A DNA stretch of 63,984 bases, counting the filler, from Octopus bimaculoides (lineage: Eukaryota): assembly GCF_001194135.2 (NCBI RefSeq). It is 6 parts of 6 records of this genome, joined end to end, with 100 filler letters (N's around TTAATTAATTAA, not from the genome) between each part and the next. Parts side by side here need not be neighbours in the genome. Positions count along the whole stretch, not along the records: positions 1 to 31,910 come from NC_069006.1; 5 more parts are not named here. One strand, written 5' to 3'. The notes beneath the pieces were generated by a model. That model saw nothing but the letters and a program-made list of their open reading frames with translations. It was not told where the DNA came from and did not search any database. This document shows positions 1 to 12,472 of this stretch, piece by piece. A program made the translations under genes and the position numbers. Position 1 is the first letter of the stretch. Each line of letters opens with the position of its first letter.

Positions 1-480
1 CGTTTAGTGTCCAGTTAAGGATATTGTAGCTGTAACTTATAACTGGGATGGCTAAAGTGTTAATACCTATTATCTTGTTTTTAGCATTGAGCTCTGTTTT
101 TAGTCTTGATCTAACTCGTCTATAGTACTCTTTCTTTATTTTTTCTTTCGTTTGTGTGTGTTGTATCCTATCGAGTTCATTGACTCCTAAATATTTGTAT
201 GTCTGGCTTTGGTCTAATTCTCTTATTTCATTGGCTTTATCTAGTGTGTTGTTGCTACTCTTAACTAGTTTTCCTCTTTTCAGGGTTGCTTTGGCATATT
301 TTTCTAATCCAAATTTCATATCTATTTCTTTGGTAAATCCATGTACTGTCTGTAAGTAGTGTTTCCAGCTGTTTTTCATTTTTAGCGTATAATTTTAGGT
401 CATCCATATATAAAAGGTGGCTGATTGTTTTGCCGTAACATTTGTATCCGCATCCAGTTTTATTTAGCAAGTCAGTTTTG
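1..480 (-). mobile_element. R4/Dong-like (restriction-like endonuclease) LINE, reverse transcriptase fragment, frameshifted
   Basis: Minus strand reads TISHLLYMDDLKLYAKNEKQLETLL, then after a frameshift MKFGLEKYAKATLKRGKL...YKYLGV. Homologous to 40800-41125. Confidence 0.85.
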
Positions 481-673
481 TCTGCCACTACATTCTGAGA
501 TCAAATTTCCTCTGCGGTCGACTTTGCCTTTCATCCTTTCATGATTGATTAAGTAAGTACCAGTTTCGCACTGGGGTCGATATAATCGATTTAATCCCTT
601 CCCCCAAGCTGCCCTTGTGGCAAAAATTTGAAATCATTATTATCATTATTATTATTATGTTTATTATATAATG

Positions 674-905
674 AAGGCAGTGAGCTGATAGAATCGTTAG
701 CATGCTGGGCAAAATGCTTAGCGGCATTTTATAAGTGTCTATGTTCTGAGTCAAATTCTGATGAGGTTGATTTTGCCTTTCATCCTTTCGGGGTCAATAA
801 ATGGAGTACCAGTGAAACACTGGGATTGATATAATCGATTAACACCCTACCCCCAAATTTCAGGCCTTGTACCTATAGTAGAAATTATTATTATTATTAT
901 TATTT
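674..905 (+). mobile_element. tRNA-headed SINE family A (ATT tail), representative copy
   Basis: A-box-like GAGCTG(G)CAGAATCG, B-box-like GAGTTCAAATTC, body GAGGTCGACTTTGCCTTTCATCCTTTCGGGGTCGATAAA, (ATT)n tail. Other approximate copies: 480-658, 1930-2085, 2130-2255, 2786-3028, 3030-3318, 4413-4633, 5982-6225, 6227-6458, 8974-9185, 11910-12060, 14741-14955, 21395-21610(-), 28160-28385, 39225-39410, 58240-58385, 60336-60580. Confidence 0.9.
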
Positions 906-923
906 AAATTTTGTAACCTTCAG

Positions 924-1144
924 GTGTTGGTAGGTCTATGATGTACAAATTACAGCACCTAAGTGTGGAGACATGCCAGGACTTGCAGAAGATTCCATTG
1001 GTCAAGCTACAGCAGAGTTTTGGTCAAAAGACAGGTCAAATGTTATATAACAGCTGTCGAGGAATCGATAACCGCAGACTGGAGTTAGAATATAACAGGA
1101 AGTCAGTGTCAGCAGAGATAAATTATGGCATACGCTTCACTAAG
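924..1144 (+). CDS. REV1: REV1 coding exon 1 of 9 in window (gene 5'-partial); end of Y-family polymerase thumb region
   Basis: CAG acceptor 921-923, GTGAGT donor 1145. Translation (G)VGRSMMYKLQHLSVETCQDLQ...FGQKTGQMLYNSCRGID...RKSVSAEINYGIRFTK; FGxKTGQMLY and RKSVSAEINYGIRFT are REV1 signature motifs recognised from memory. Confidence 0.97.
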
Positions 1145-2269
1145 GTGAGTGTGTTCTTATTTGTTCTGTGTCCATTTTCTTTATGCTAGCATGGGTTAGA
1201 TGGATATAATGTATCTTACGAGGAGTAAGTCCACATCTTTCTCCCTCTCTCTCTCTCTCTTTATCTCTGGGTCTGTGACTCTTTCTCTTCCTCTCTTTCG
1301 AAACTCATTTCTTTTACAGCTGGATGCCCTTCTTGTCACCAACCCTCACTTGTTTCCAAGCAAGGTACTATTTCCCCATGGCCAAACATCTTTTCACCAA
1401 AGACTGGAAATGAACACCCTCTCTTGTACGATGATGATGATGCTCATTCATTACCATCACATGACATCTAGACAGGCATACACATTCCCACACCCACCTA
1501 CATGCACACTCACAACATACATACACTCACATGCATACAAATATTCATATTTACATATGTGTGTGTGCGAAGTCACGTGACCTAGGGGTTATGGTGTTGC
1601 ACTCATGATTGCTAGATTATGTGTTCAATTCCCAGACTGGGCAGCACATTGTGTTCTTGAGCAAAACACTTCATTGCTCCAGCCCCCCCTCCTTTTGATC
1701 AGGGAAAATATTGACTTGTTCACCTGGCTAATAGGGTGGCATCATTCGAAGACTAAAATGGTGCAAAGCACATTGTGACTAGCGATGTGTAACAACATCT
1801 GATAGTCTGGCTGGTCACATTATCACATGATGTGTGTGTGTATATATAATATATATATTTACACACACACACACATACAGGGTGGCCCCAAAATAGGTTG
1901 TTCAACTATCTCTTTTGCATTCATATATTAACGTTCTGAGTTCAAATTCTGCCACGGTCGTCTTTGCCTTTAATCTTTTCAGGATCGATGAAATAAGTAC
2001 TAATTGAACACTGGGGTTGATGTAATCGACTATCCCCCTCCCCCAAATTTCAGGCCTTGTGCCTATAGTAGAAAGGATTATTATTAATTTTATTCTGGTT
2101 TTACAAATGTCACTGACATTGAGCTTGTCTTTCATCTTTAAATGGTAGATAAAATAAGTACCAGTTGAGCACTGGGGTTGATGTAATCCACTTACCCCCT
2201 CCTCCGAAATTACTGGCCTTGTGCTAAAATTTGAAACCATTATTATTATTATTATTGAGTGAGAGAGCA

Positions 2270-2765
2270 GTGCATGCCATCAAAGTGACACTGGGGTACA
2301 AATATACGATGCCCAATATACCCATCATGACTACCCGTCTGATAAGGGTACACCAGGTACATGCATCACAACCATATGTGTGCGATGTGGAGATCTCATA
2401 TCAAGATAAACAGCGTATGACCTCGCAGGTGGGGCTGTTAGAATTTTCTTTAGGTCGAGTAGCCCATCCCACTCAAAAGGTCCCTGAATAAGGTTTATTT
2501 AAGGATGTTGAGCAAAACAGCCATGTTTCCAAAGGTGAATTATTCAAACTCCAAAGAATTCCTCTCAACACATGGCTATGATGCTCCCCCACTACTTCTG
2601 CTCGTGATCAGAGATGCACATGTCGTCAGCCACCAAGGGACATGCTCAACTGGTTAAGGTTAAACAACTGACAAGCAAATCTGTGGTATTGAGCAGAATA
2701 TTTGCTGTAGTCCATCTTTTATACCAAGACAAAACAATGGATATGATAACACTTCCAATCAATTA
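2270..2765 (+). repeat. Unclassified interspersed repeat
   Basis: The segment CAGAGATGCA..GTCAGCCACCAAGGGACATGCTCAA.TGGTTAAGGT.AA..AA.TGACAAG.AAATCTGTGGTATTGAGCAG recurs at about 58410-58505. Class not recognisable. Confidence 0.55.
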
Positions 2766-3320
2766 AGAGAGTCATTATTATTATTAAGACAGTGAGCTGA
2801 CAGAATCATTAGCATGCTGGACAAAATGCTTAGCAGCATTTCTGTTGTCTTTATATCCTGAGTTCAAATTCCGCCAAGGCTGACCTTGCTTTTCATCCTT
2901 TTGAGGTCGATAAAACAAGTGGGAGTTGAACACTGAGATGGATGGAATCATCTCATCCCCTCGCCCAAAATAGCTGCCCTTGTGGCAAAATTTGAAACCA
3001 TTATTATTATTATTATTATTATCATTATTAAGGTTGTGAGCTGGAAGAATCGTTAGAAGACCAATGAAAATGCTCAGCAGTATTGCCCCTGTCTTTACAG
3101 TCTGAGTTCAAATGCCACCGAGGTTGACTTTGCCTTTCATCCTTTCGGGGCTGATAAAATAAATACCTGTTGAGTGCTGGAGTTGATACAATTGACTTGA
3201 CCCCCAATTATCACAAATTTGCTGGCCTTTACCCAAGTTTGAAACTATTATTATTATCAACATCATCATCATCATCATTATTATTATTATTATTATTGTT
3301 GTTGTTGTTGTTATTATTAG

Positions 3321-3465
3321 GAAAGTGATATGGAGGAATTCCTGTTAAATCTGTCTGGAGAAGTGGAGAGAAGATTGAAGAATGTGAATAAACGGGGCAA
3401 ATCTATAACATTGAAGTTGATGGTACGACGGGAAGATGCACCGTTGGAGACGGCCAAATATATGG
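3321..3465 (+). CDS. REV1: REV1 coding exon 2 (little finger/PAD)
   Basis: TAG acceptor 3318-3320, GTGAGT donor 3466, phase 0 to 1. ESDMEEFLLNLSGEVERRLKNVNKRGKSITLKLMVRREDAPLETAKYM(G) matches the REV1 TLKxMVR...APxETAK motif. Absent from the ORF track. Confidence 0.95.
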
Positions 3466-3979
3466 GTGAGTGGACGGTCATCATTGATTTGTATTGAGAA
3501 TAACGGTGGTGGCAGCGGCGGCGGTGATATCCTCATCATTGTTGTTGATGTTGTCATCATCGTTGTTGTTACCACCACCACCACTATCATCAACGCCACT
3601 GCCGCCATCATTGTCATCATCATCATCATCACCACCATCACCATCATCTCCATCATTGTCGTCATCTACATCACTACCACCACCACCACCATTGTTGTCA
3701 TTATCATCATCATCATGATCATCATCTCCTTCATTATCATCACCATCATCACTGCCGTTACCACCACCACCATCATCACCACATCCATCAGTTATCAATC
3801 TTGTCCCTGTCATAATGATTAATTACCAGTTATCTTATTATCATCGTTGTCTTCATCATCATCATCATCATCATCATCAGTTATCCTTGTCATTATTGGT
3901 CTCACTATTAGATATATCAGTTTTCCTTATCAAACATTGTCGTCGTCATCATAATCATATTATTATAATTCACAATAAC

Positions 3980-4016
<37 letters not shown>

Positions 4017-4044
4017 CTGCTGAGATGAACTTCTTCTTTTATAC

Positions 4045-4266
4045 CAGGGGTTCCCAACCAATGGTTCCCAACCAGTGGTTCCCGACCCCCTGAGGGGGCA
4101 CGAAGCCTTAGCAGGTGGGTTGCATAACCTTGCTAGAAGTAGCTTAGGATAATATTAATTTCAGCTCATCAATTACATTTTTTATGCTCTGCTGATAGTA
4201 GGGGGTCGCCTGGGTTTCAAGTTTTTGGGTAAGGGGTCGCAAGTGCAAAAACGCTGGGAACCACTG
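4045..4266. mobile_element. hAT-type MITE with 8-bp target-site duplication
   Basis: TIRs CAGGGGTTCCCAAC and GCTGGGAACCACTG; perfect flanking duplication TTTTATAC at 4037-4044 and 4267-4274. Confidence 0.9.
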
Positions 4267-4633
4267 TTTTATACTTTCTGGATTGATAAAATACTTACCA
4301 GTCAAGTACTGGGGTCAATGTAACCAACTAAACCCTTCCTCCTAAAATTGCTGGCTTTGTGCCAAAGTTTGAAACCACCATTGTTGTTGTTGTTGATGCT
4401 GCTGTTGTTGTTAAGGTGGTGAGCTAACAGAATCGTTAGGATGCTGGATGAAATGATTAGTGTTATTTCACCTGTTGCTATTGGTTCTGAGTTCAAATTT
4501 CACTGAGGTCGACTTTATCTTTCATCCTTTTGGAGTTGGTTAAATAAGTACCAGTTACGCACTGGGGATCGATGTAATCAACTTAATACCCTCCCCAAGC
4601 TGTCCTTGTGGCAAAAATTTGAAATCACCATCA

Positions 4634-5949
4634 TCTATATATCTGTAAAACTTGTGTATGTGTTTGCTTTTTATGTGTTTCCACATTTTTCATCCAATTT
4701 TGATGAAATTTTTTTTATTAAATGGCAAATTTACTCAGGCAGGTCACTGTTGCATTACCGATGCCTAGAGATACCCCTTCTAGGAGAAAAATCGATGCAA
4801 TTGAAGGGAACTCCCCCCCCCCTACACTTTTTGCAAAAAAAGAAGCAAAAGTTGCACATGAGAAAAGTTTTTATAGGAACGTCTCATTTTTATGATCTGG
4901 GTGTCAAAAGGACTGCCATGTTGCGACATTTCAAACAAATATTTTGGTACTGCCTTGGGGCCTCTGATTCCCAAGAAAATTGCGGGAAACTTTGAAAAAA
5001 AATGATTTCTTTGCAAAGTTACACGGTAGAAAACTTTTTACTNNNNNNNNNNNNNNNNNNNNNNNNNNNNNNNNNNNNNNNNNNNNNNNNNNNNNNNNNN
5101 NNNNNNNNNNNNNNNNNNNNNNNNNNNNNNNNNNNNNNNNNNNNNNNNNNNNNNNNNNNNNNNNNNNNNNNNNNNNNNNNNNNNNNNNNNNNNNNNNNNN
5201 NNNNNNNNNNNNNNNNNNNNNNNNNNNNNNNNNNNNNNNNNNNNNNNNNNNNNNNNNNNNNNNNNNNNNNNNNNNNNNNNNNNNNNNNNNNNNNNNNNNN
5301 NNNNNNNNNNNNNNNNNNNNNNNNNNNNNNNNNNNNNNNNNNNNNNNNNNNNNNNNNNNNNNNNNNNNNNNNNNNNNNNNNNNNNNNNNNNNNNNNNNNN
5401 NNNNNNNNNNNNNNNNNNNNNNNNNNNNNNNNNNNNNNNNNNNNNNNNNNNNNNNNNNNNNNNNNNNNNNNNNNNNNNNNNNNNNNNNNNNNNNNNNNNN
5501 NNNNNNNNNNNNNNNNNNNNNNNNNNNNNNNNNNNNNNNNNNNNNNNNNNNNNNNNNNNNNNNNNNNNNNNNNNNNNNNNNNNNNNNNNNNNNNNNNNNN
5601 NNNNNNNNNNNNNNNNNNNNNNNNNNNNNNNNNNNNNNNNNNNCCATAATTAGACAATATCCTTTCAACACCAATCTAACAGGATAAAATGCCTGTGATG
5701 GCAAGACATTGTCCGATCTGTAACCATTTCCCTCCACCACCATTACCCAAACTTCAAGCACCTCCTCCAGCGTTTGGTTGTTCAACCAATAAATGCCTCT
5801 TGGGAAAAAAATCACTTTTTCCTCAATGTCAATGTTTGCAACTTAACGCAAAAAATATTCAAAGAGATGTACAACGTAAAAAATGGTAGAACCTATTAAA
5901 ACCATTGCTGAGCATTTAATACCCGAGCAACGCCGGGTACTCCTGCTAG
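4634..5949 (+). mobile_element. Non-autonomous Helitron (contains an N gap)
   Basis: 5' TC(TATATA) after A at 4633; 3' hairpin TACCCG-AGCAACGC-CGGGTA (5920-5939) then CTAG (5946-5949) followed by T. It splits the tail of the SINE at 4413. Linking the two ends across the gap is inferred. Confidence 0.75.
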
Positions 5950-6744
5950 TTATTATTATTATTATTATTATTATCATGATTAAGGCAGCGAGCTGGCAGA
6001 ATCTTTAGCATAATGGACAAAATGCTTAGTGGTATTTCACTCATTGCTACGTTCTGAGTTCAAATCCCACCATGGTCGACTTTGCCTTTCATCCTTTCAG
6101 GGTCAAGGAAATAAGTACCAGTTACGCACTGGGGTTAATGTAATTGACTAGACCCCTTCCCCAAAAATTTCGGATCCTGTGCCTACAGTAGAAAGCATTA
6201 TTATTATTATTATTATTATTATTGTTAAAGCGTTGAACCAGCAGAATTCTTAGTGCATCGGATAAAATGCTGACCAACATTTCTTCCAACTCATTGTTCT
6301 GAGTTCAAAACCTGCTAAGACCAACATTGCCTCTCGTCTTCCTGGGGTCAATAACATAAATACAAGTTGAGTATAGGGGTTGATGTAATCGACTTGCATG
6401 CTCCCATCAAAATGCTGGCCTTGTGCATAAATTTGAAACGATTATTATTGTTGTTATTGTAAGCCAGTGAAGAAAGTGTGTATGTGGTCATTGGCCTGCT
6501 AGAAATATCAGCCAGATCTTTTTCAAATCATGCTTCACCATCTTTAAACAAAAATCAACACATTAGATGATGTAGTCCTTGATGCACCATGTCTCAATAA
6601 GAGACAGGATGATCATTGTAGGAACACTTCTGATCTTAGTTCTGCTGGATCAGAACAGCAGCGGGGAAGGACACTTGATGGTGTTGTCTTTGATACAATA
6701 TGTCATCATTATCATCATTATCATCATCATCATCATCATCATCA

Positions 6745-6955
6745 TCGTTTAACATCCACTTTCCATGCTAGCATGGGTTGGACGATTTGACTGAGGACTG
6801 GCAAACCAGATGGCTGCACCAGGCTCCAATCTGATCTGGCAAGGTTTCTACAGCTGGATGCCCTTCCTAATGCCAACCACTCAGAGAGTGTAGTGGGTGC
6901 TTTTACGTGTCACCGGCATGAGGGCCAGTCATGCAATACTGGCAACGACCAAGTT
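6745..6955 (-). mobile_element. RTE 3'-UTR-derived repeat (family D, GAT tail), representative copy
   Basis: Consensus AGTGGTTGGCATTAGGAAGGGCATCCAGCTGTAGAAAC...GTCCAACCCATGCTAGCATGGAAA..GACGTTAAA(TGA)n. Other approximate copies: 7320-7495(+), 8040-8135(-), 8365-8560(-), 9270-9485(+), 16870-17172(+), 20030-20225(-), 20575-20752(+), 26075-26264(-), 31545-31903(+), 32011-32078(+), 32725-32880(-). Confidence 0.85.
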
Positions 6956-7531
6956 GGAACATCTTTGATCATTTGTCTGTTGGATCACAATAATAACAAC
7001 AACATTTATCAGAATGAGAGGCTGCAAAGACCTGTTAGACTCACAGTACAGGCCACCTAGCTGTAAACAGGTACCATTTTAAAGAAGTAGAATATAACTC
7101 TAGTTTGTGGCCCCAACTAGATGATCTGCTCAATCTGTCCAGTATCATCATCATCATCATCAACATTATCGTCATCCTTTAATGTTCATTTTCCATGCTG
7201 TCATGGGTTGGACGGCTTGACCAGAGCTGGGAAGCAGAAGAGCTGCACCAGATTCCAGTTTAATTTGGTGTGGTTTCTCTTCTCTCCATTTTCCAACCTT
7301 GCTGCTGACACTACAATAAAAGCACCCATCCTACACTCTGTAAAGTGGTTGGCATTAGGAAGGGCACCCAGCCATGGAAACCATGTGAAAGCTGAGACAC
7401 TGGGGCAGATGTGGTCCTCTGATTCATTGGATCCTGTTGACCTCTCCAACCCATGCCAGCAAAGGCTGGAGTATAAGATGATGATGATGATGATAATTCT
7501 GTAATTCTCTTTCTCTCTTCCTATATTTCAG

Positions 7532-7662
7532 GCCATGGTTTATGTAACAACATCAGTAGGGCTGTGAGTGTTGCCATAGCTACAGACAATGCTGCCAGAA
7601 TAGCCAGGGAGTGTATGACGTTGTTTAAAGCCCTTCATCTACCTGTGAACTCCCTACGAGGG
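7532..7662 (+). CDS. REV1: REV1 coding exon 3 (little finger/PAD)
   Basis: Pyrimidine tract plus CAG acceptor, GTAAGT donor 7663, phase 1 to 0. (G)HGLCNNISRAVSVAIATDNAARIARECMTLFKALHLPVNSLRG matches REV1 GHGxCDN...ATDNA...RG. Confidence 0.95.
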
Positions 7663-7781
7663 GTAAGTCCACATCTCTCTCCCTCTCTCTCTTTCTCTCT
7701 CTCCATCTGTCCATGATGCTTTCTCTCTCTTTCTCTGTGTCCATGACTCTTTCTCTCACTCTCTCTCCATCTGACCATGAT

Positions 7782-7823
<42 letters not shown>

Positions 7824-9704
7824 CTATCCTTGATTCTTTCTCTCTCTTTCTCAAACTACATTTCCTTTCTATTGTCTGTATTCTCTTTGATAATGTGTCA
7901 TTAAGTATTCAGGGTTGTTTGGATATTTCACATCCATTTTCAAAGCATGTCTGATACAGTATTGGTACACACAACCTTTGACCTATATGTGAGCCAAGGA
8001 TTATCATCATCATCACCACCACCACCACCACCACCATCATCATCATCATCGTTATTTTCACATCCACTTATCCATTCTTGCATGGGTTGGACAGAGTTTT
8101 TTGAAGCAGATTATCTGTGGCTGAATGCACTTCTTGTCACACACACACACATGCACACACACACACACACACACACGCACACACACACACATGGGTGTAT
8201 ACGTTGAAAGTTCAACCAACCCTCCAACTCACATTTGCAAAACATTGGGAAGTCTGAACTAAAAATGTCTTTTTTGCTTTGTTGGTGACTGGCTTGAATT
8301 CTCTCAAGAAGATCTTAAATAAAACTCAAACAAAAATCATACATACACTCATTATCATCATCATCATCGTTTAACATCACATTTTCCATGCTGGTATGGG
8401 TTGGACGGTTGAATAGGAACTGACAAGCCAAGGGACTATACCAGGCTGCAATGTCTGCTTTGACATTGTTTCTACAGCCGGATACCCTTCCTAATGCCAG
8501 CCACTTCACAGATTGTACTAGATGCTTTTTTCATGGCACCAGCACTGGTGAGGTTACCAAGTACTCGCAGGACAAGACCTCTCAACTGAGTGGGGCATAG
8601 TCTTGAGGGATGTGAAAGTTTGAAGATGTGAATAGACAACTGCTCCTTATGGAAACATGAAATCAAGATACAAGGTGAATATGAGAAAGAGAAATAAGAC
8701 AAAAGAACGTATGACAGGCTTCTTTCAGTTTCCATCTACCAGATCCACTCACAAGGCTTTGGTTGGCTTGGGGCTACAGTAGAAAACACTTGCCCAAAGT
8801 GGTTCATCATGGGACTGAACCCAAAACCACGTGGCTGAAAAATAAACCTCTTAACCATGGTGTCTTGCCTGTGTCTTTGAAAAAAGTTTTGCATTTAAAT
8901 TGTGGGGTGACTTGTACATAAATATCTATACAATATATAATATTGATATATGTGGCATTAAATTTAGTTATGGCTGTAAGCTAGCAGAATTGTTAGCACG
9001 CCAGGCAGAATGCTTAGCAGTATTTCATCCATCTTTGCATTCAGAGTTCAAATTCTGCCAAGGTTGATTTTAACCTTTCATCCTTTTGGTGGTCGCTAAA
9101 ATAAGTACCAGTTGAGCTCTGGCCGATGTAATTGACTTACCTACTCCCCACCACCACCGAATTGCTGACCTTGTGTCAAAATCAATATCAAATTTAGTTA
9201 AATGAGCAGAGAAAGTGTAGGGTTATGAGGTCCATTAAATTTTGTTTCACTGAGGACTGTTCATCCCCTCTTGTGTTGGTGCCACAAGAAAATGCATGCC
9301 CCTCGTACACAGTGTAAAGTGGTTGGTATTAGGAAAGAACATATCCAGCCATAGAGACCAAGTCCATGCTTGAGCACCTAGTCTTTGGGAGTTGCAGTAA
9401 GCTGTCAATGGGAGGTGACTTGGACAGTGAAGACTCATCCAACCCTTGCCAGCATGGAAAAACGATTGTAAAAATGATGATGATGATGGTGGTGTTGACA
9501 TGGCGGTGATGATGATGATGACGATGATGATGATGATGGTGGGCTGGTAATGATGATAGGAAAATGATGGTGACGACTGTGATGATGTTGTTGATGGTGG
9601 TGGTGATGGTGATGATATATTTGTTATTTCTAAGTTGTGAAATAATTTTTTTGCTTTGTTTTGTTGTTGGTTTTTTTTCAACTTCCAGTATACTTGTCAC
9701 CTAG

Positions 9705-9949
9705 GTTGGCATTACCATCCAACGTCTTGAAGACATGGCACCAGCTAGACACCACACTGGTGACTCTACAAAGACCTCAAGTATTCTCCAGTTCACCAAA
9801 GCGATGCCAACCCCAGATCAGAAAGAGCAGCAGCAGACGCAGAATGGAAATGAGACGCCATCCGAAGTTGATGACAATGACTTCACAATCATGAGACCAG
9901 TTCCTGTCAAACAGTTTGGAACTCTTAACTTCAAAGAAGAATTGCTGAG
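9705..9949 (+). CDS. REV1: REV1 coding exon 4 (end of PAD plus linker)
   Basis: TAG acceptor 9702-9704, GTTAGT donor 9950, phase 0 to 2. VGITIQRLED continues the RG|VGI motif; the rest is in frame with track ORF 9735-10028. Confidence 0.85.
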
Positions 9950-10075
9950 GTTAGTAGTCGTAGTAGTGCTAGTAGCAGTAGTTGTAGTAGTAGTAGTAGT
10001 AGTGGCAGTAGCTGCAGCAGCAGCCTAGCAACACCAGCAGTAATGATAATAGTAGCAGTGGCAGCAGTAGAAGTG

Positions 10076-10107
<32 letters not shown>

Positions 10108-10159
10108 GGTGGTGGTGGTCACACACACACACATCTGATATTTTCTATTTTTCTTTTAG

Positions 10160-10286
10160 GCAATATCACAGCAGCCAGTTACCTCCCTTGCCCAGGTTGC
10201 CCAGCCAGTTGAGTCCCACCAGAATGAACCAGATGAAACCAGCTGTGACAGGTGAACCAGAAGATTTCCTTCCATCACCTTCCCAG
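10160..10286 (+). CDS. REV1: REV1 coding exon 5 (linker, start of UBM)
   Basis: Long T tract plus TAG acceptor, GTATCT donor 10287, phase 2 to 0. QYHSSQLPPLPRLPSQLSPTRMNQMKPAVTGEPEDFLPSPSQ ends in the PSPSQ that opens a REV1 UBM. Confidence 0.88.
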
Positions 10287-12472
10287 GTATCTACCAACAA
10301 CTTATTTCTTTGGTTAAATGTCTCAGTATCTGAGATAATGACCTGTTAATAAAACTATATTTTCTTTCCTTTTTTTTTATATCCTTTAACAATATCATTA
10401 TTGTGAACGTTTGGAATATTTATGTCGCTATATATCATATTTACATTGTGTGCTGTACTTTTATGGACTCTCCTGTCATATACGATAAATGAGGGTTCTG
10501 CAATGTTTTTCTCAACAATCTGCACATGTCATTGGTTTATAGTGATCAAATGTTTGTGTTGTACAGTAGTTCACTCGCTCCATCAAATCAGCGTTGCTTG
10601 TACAGGTACATGGTGTGCCATGTGTCAGATGTCAGTGATCGCAGAGCAACGTGAAATGAAGTGTTCTGCTCAAGAACACAACATGTTGCCCAGTCATGGA
10701 ATTGAAACCATGATCTTGCGATTATGATCATAACATTCTAACCTCTAGGTCACGTGCCCTCACTGAGTATATTTACAATACACACACATAGGGGCAGGCA
10801 TGGCTGTGTAGTTAAGAATCTTGATTTGCAGCCATATGGTTTGAGGTTCAGTCCTACTGTGTGGCACCTTGGGCAAGGGTATTCTGCTATAACCCTGGGT
10901 CAACCAATGCCTTCTGAGTGAATTTTGATCAATAGAAACTGTGTGGAAGTCTGTCATATATTTATGTGTGTTTGTGCTTGTGTGTAACCTTCCACTGCTT
11001 CACAACTGGTATTGGTTTGTTTATGTCCCTGTAATGTAGCAGTTTGACAAAAGAGACCGATAAAATAAGTACCAAACTTAAAAATAAGTATGGCTAAACC
11101 CTTTAAGGCAGTGCTCCAGCATGGCTGCAATTCAATGACTGCAAAAAGTAAAAGGCAAAAGTTGTATATATATANNNNNNNNNNNNNNNNNNNNNNNNNN
11201 NNNNNNNNNNNNNNNNNNNNNNNNNNNNNNNNNNNNNNNNNNNNNNNNNNNNNNNNNNNNNNNNNNNNNNNNNNNNNNNNNNNNNNNNNNNNNNNNNNNN
11301 NNNNNNNNNNNNNNNNNNNNNNNNNNNNNNNNNNNNNNNNNNNNNNNNNNNNNNNNNNNNNNNNNNNNNNNNNNNNNNNNNNNNNNNNNNNNNNNNNNNN
11401 NNNNNNNNNNNNNNNNNNNNNNNNNNNNNNNNNNNNNNNNNNNNNNNNNNNNNNNNNNNNNNNNNNNNNNNNNNNNNNNNNNNNNNNNNNNNNNNNNNNN
11501 NNNNNNNNNNNNNNNNNNNNNNNNNNNNNNNNNNNNNNNNNNNNNNNNNNNNNNNNNNNNNNNNNNNNNNNNNNNNNNNNNNNNNNNNNNNNNNNNNNNN
11601 NNNNNNNNNNNNNNNNNNNNNNNNNNNNNNNNNNNNNNNNNNNNNNNNNNNNNNNNNNNNNNNNNNNNNNNNNNNNNATATGATTTGCTACATAAGGGGA
11701 ACATTTATTTGGAAGTGGATGGGCGTGGGGGTGTTGGGGAAAGGGTTTTTTTTTGCATGTGCTTTTAATCAATATTGGTATTGGTATCAATGGTGGATGG
11801 AGTGAGAGAGTTGGTAGATATCTTTGCAAAAATACCTTGTGGTGGTTGGACCTTTTACAAGCTGATCTTGGTTCATATATTAGGGGTTGACTTCCTTCTT
11901 TATTCATTCGCCTCCTTAATTCCGCCGAGGTTGACTTTGCCTTTCATGCTTTTGGGGGTCGATAAATTAAGTACCAGTTGCGTACTGGGGTTCAATGTAA
12001 TCGACTGGCCCCCTTCCCCCCAAAAAATTTCAAACCATGTGCCTAGAGTAGAAAAGATTCATTCACCTCCTTGTCAGTGTCGTCATCATCACCGTCACTG
12101 CCACCATTATCATTCTTCTTCTTTTTCTTCCTCTTTTTCACCATCTTCTTTTCCTCCTCCTCCTCCTCCTCATCATCATCATCATCACCATCATCATCAT
12201 CACCACCACCATCATTATTTAACCCCTGGTCATCTTTAATCCAGCAGAATTAGCTTGATGCAAAAGGCATTTCAGCCACAACCATCCTGTCTTTCTTCCA
12301 TCTCACTAATGCAATTCACCCAAAGACCACCCCCACATAATCTGTATCCTTCTTTTCTTCAATGTGAGAGTGTGATTTGAGTGGAGAGATCAATTGTTGT
12401 TTCTAGAGAATCTATTGTGACTACATTGTCAAACCGTTAATCCACCAATTAATTCTGTGTTATTGGTTCCAG

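Noticed and set aside
759-770. CTGATGAG inside SINE A, and CTGATGA at 17310, 17800 and 29342, as hammerhead cores
   Set aside because: No properly placed stem II, GAAA and UH; these are mutated SINE, REV1 coding or LINE sequence.
9687-9688. Upstream AG as the REV1 exon 4 acceptor
   Set aside because: It would add 16 nt and break the frame; the AG at 9703-9704 preserves RG|VGI.
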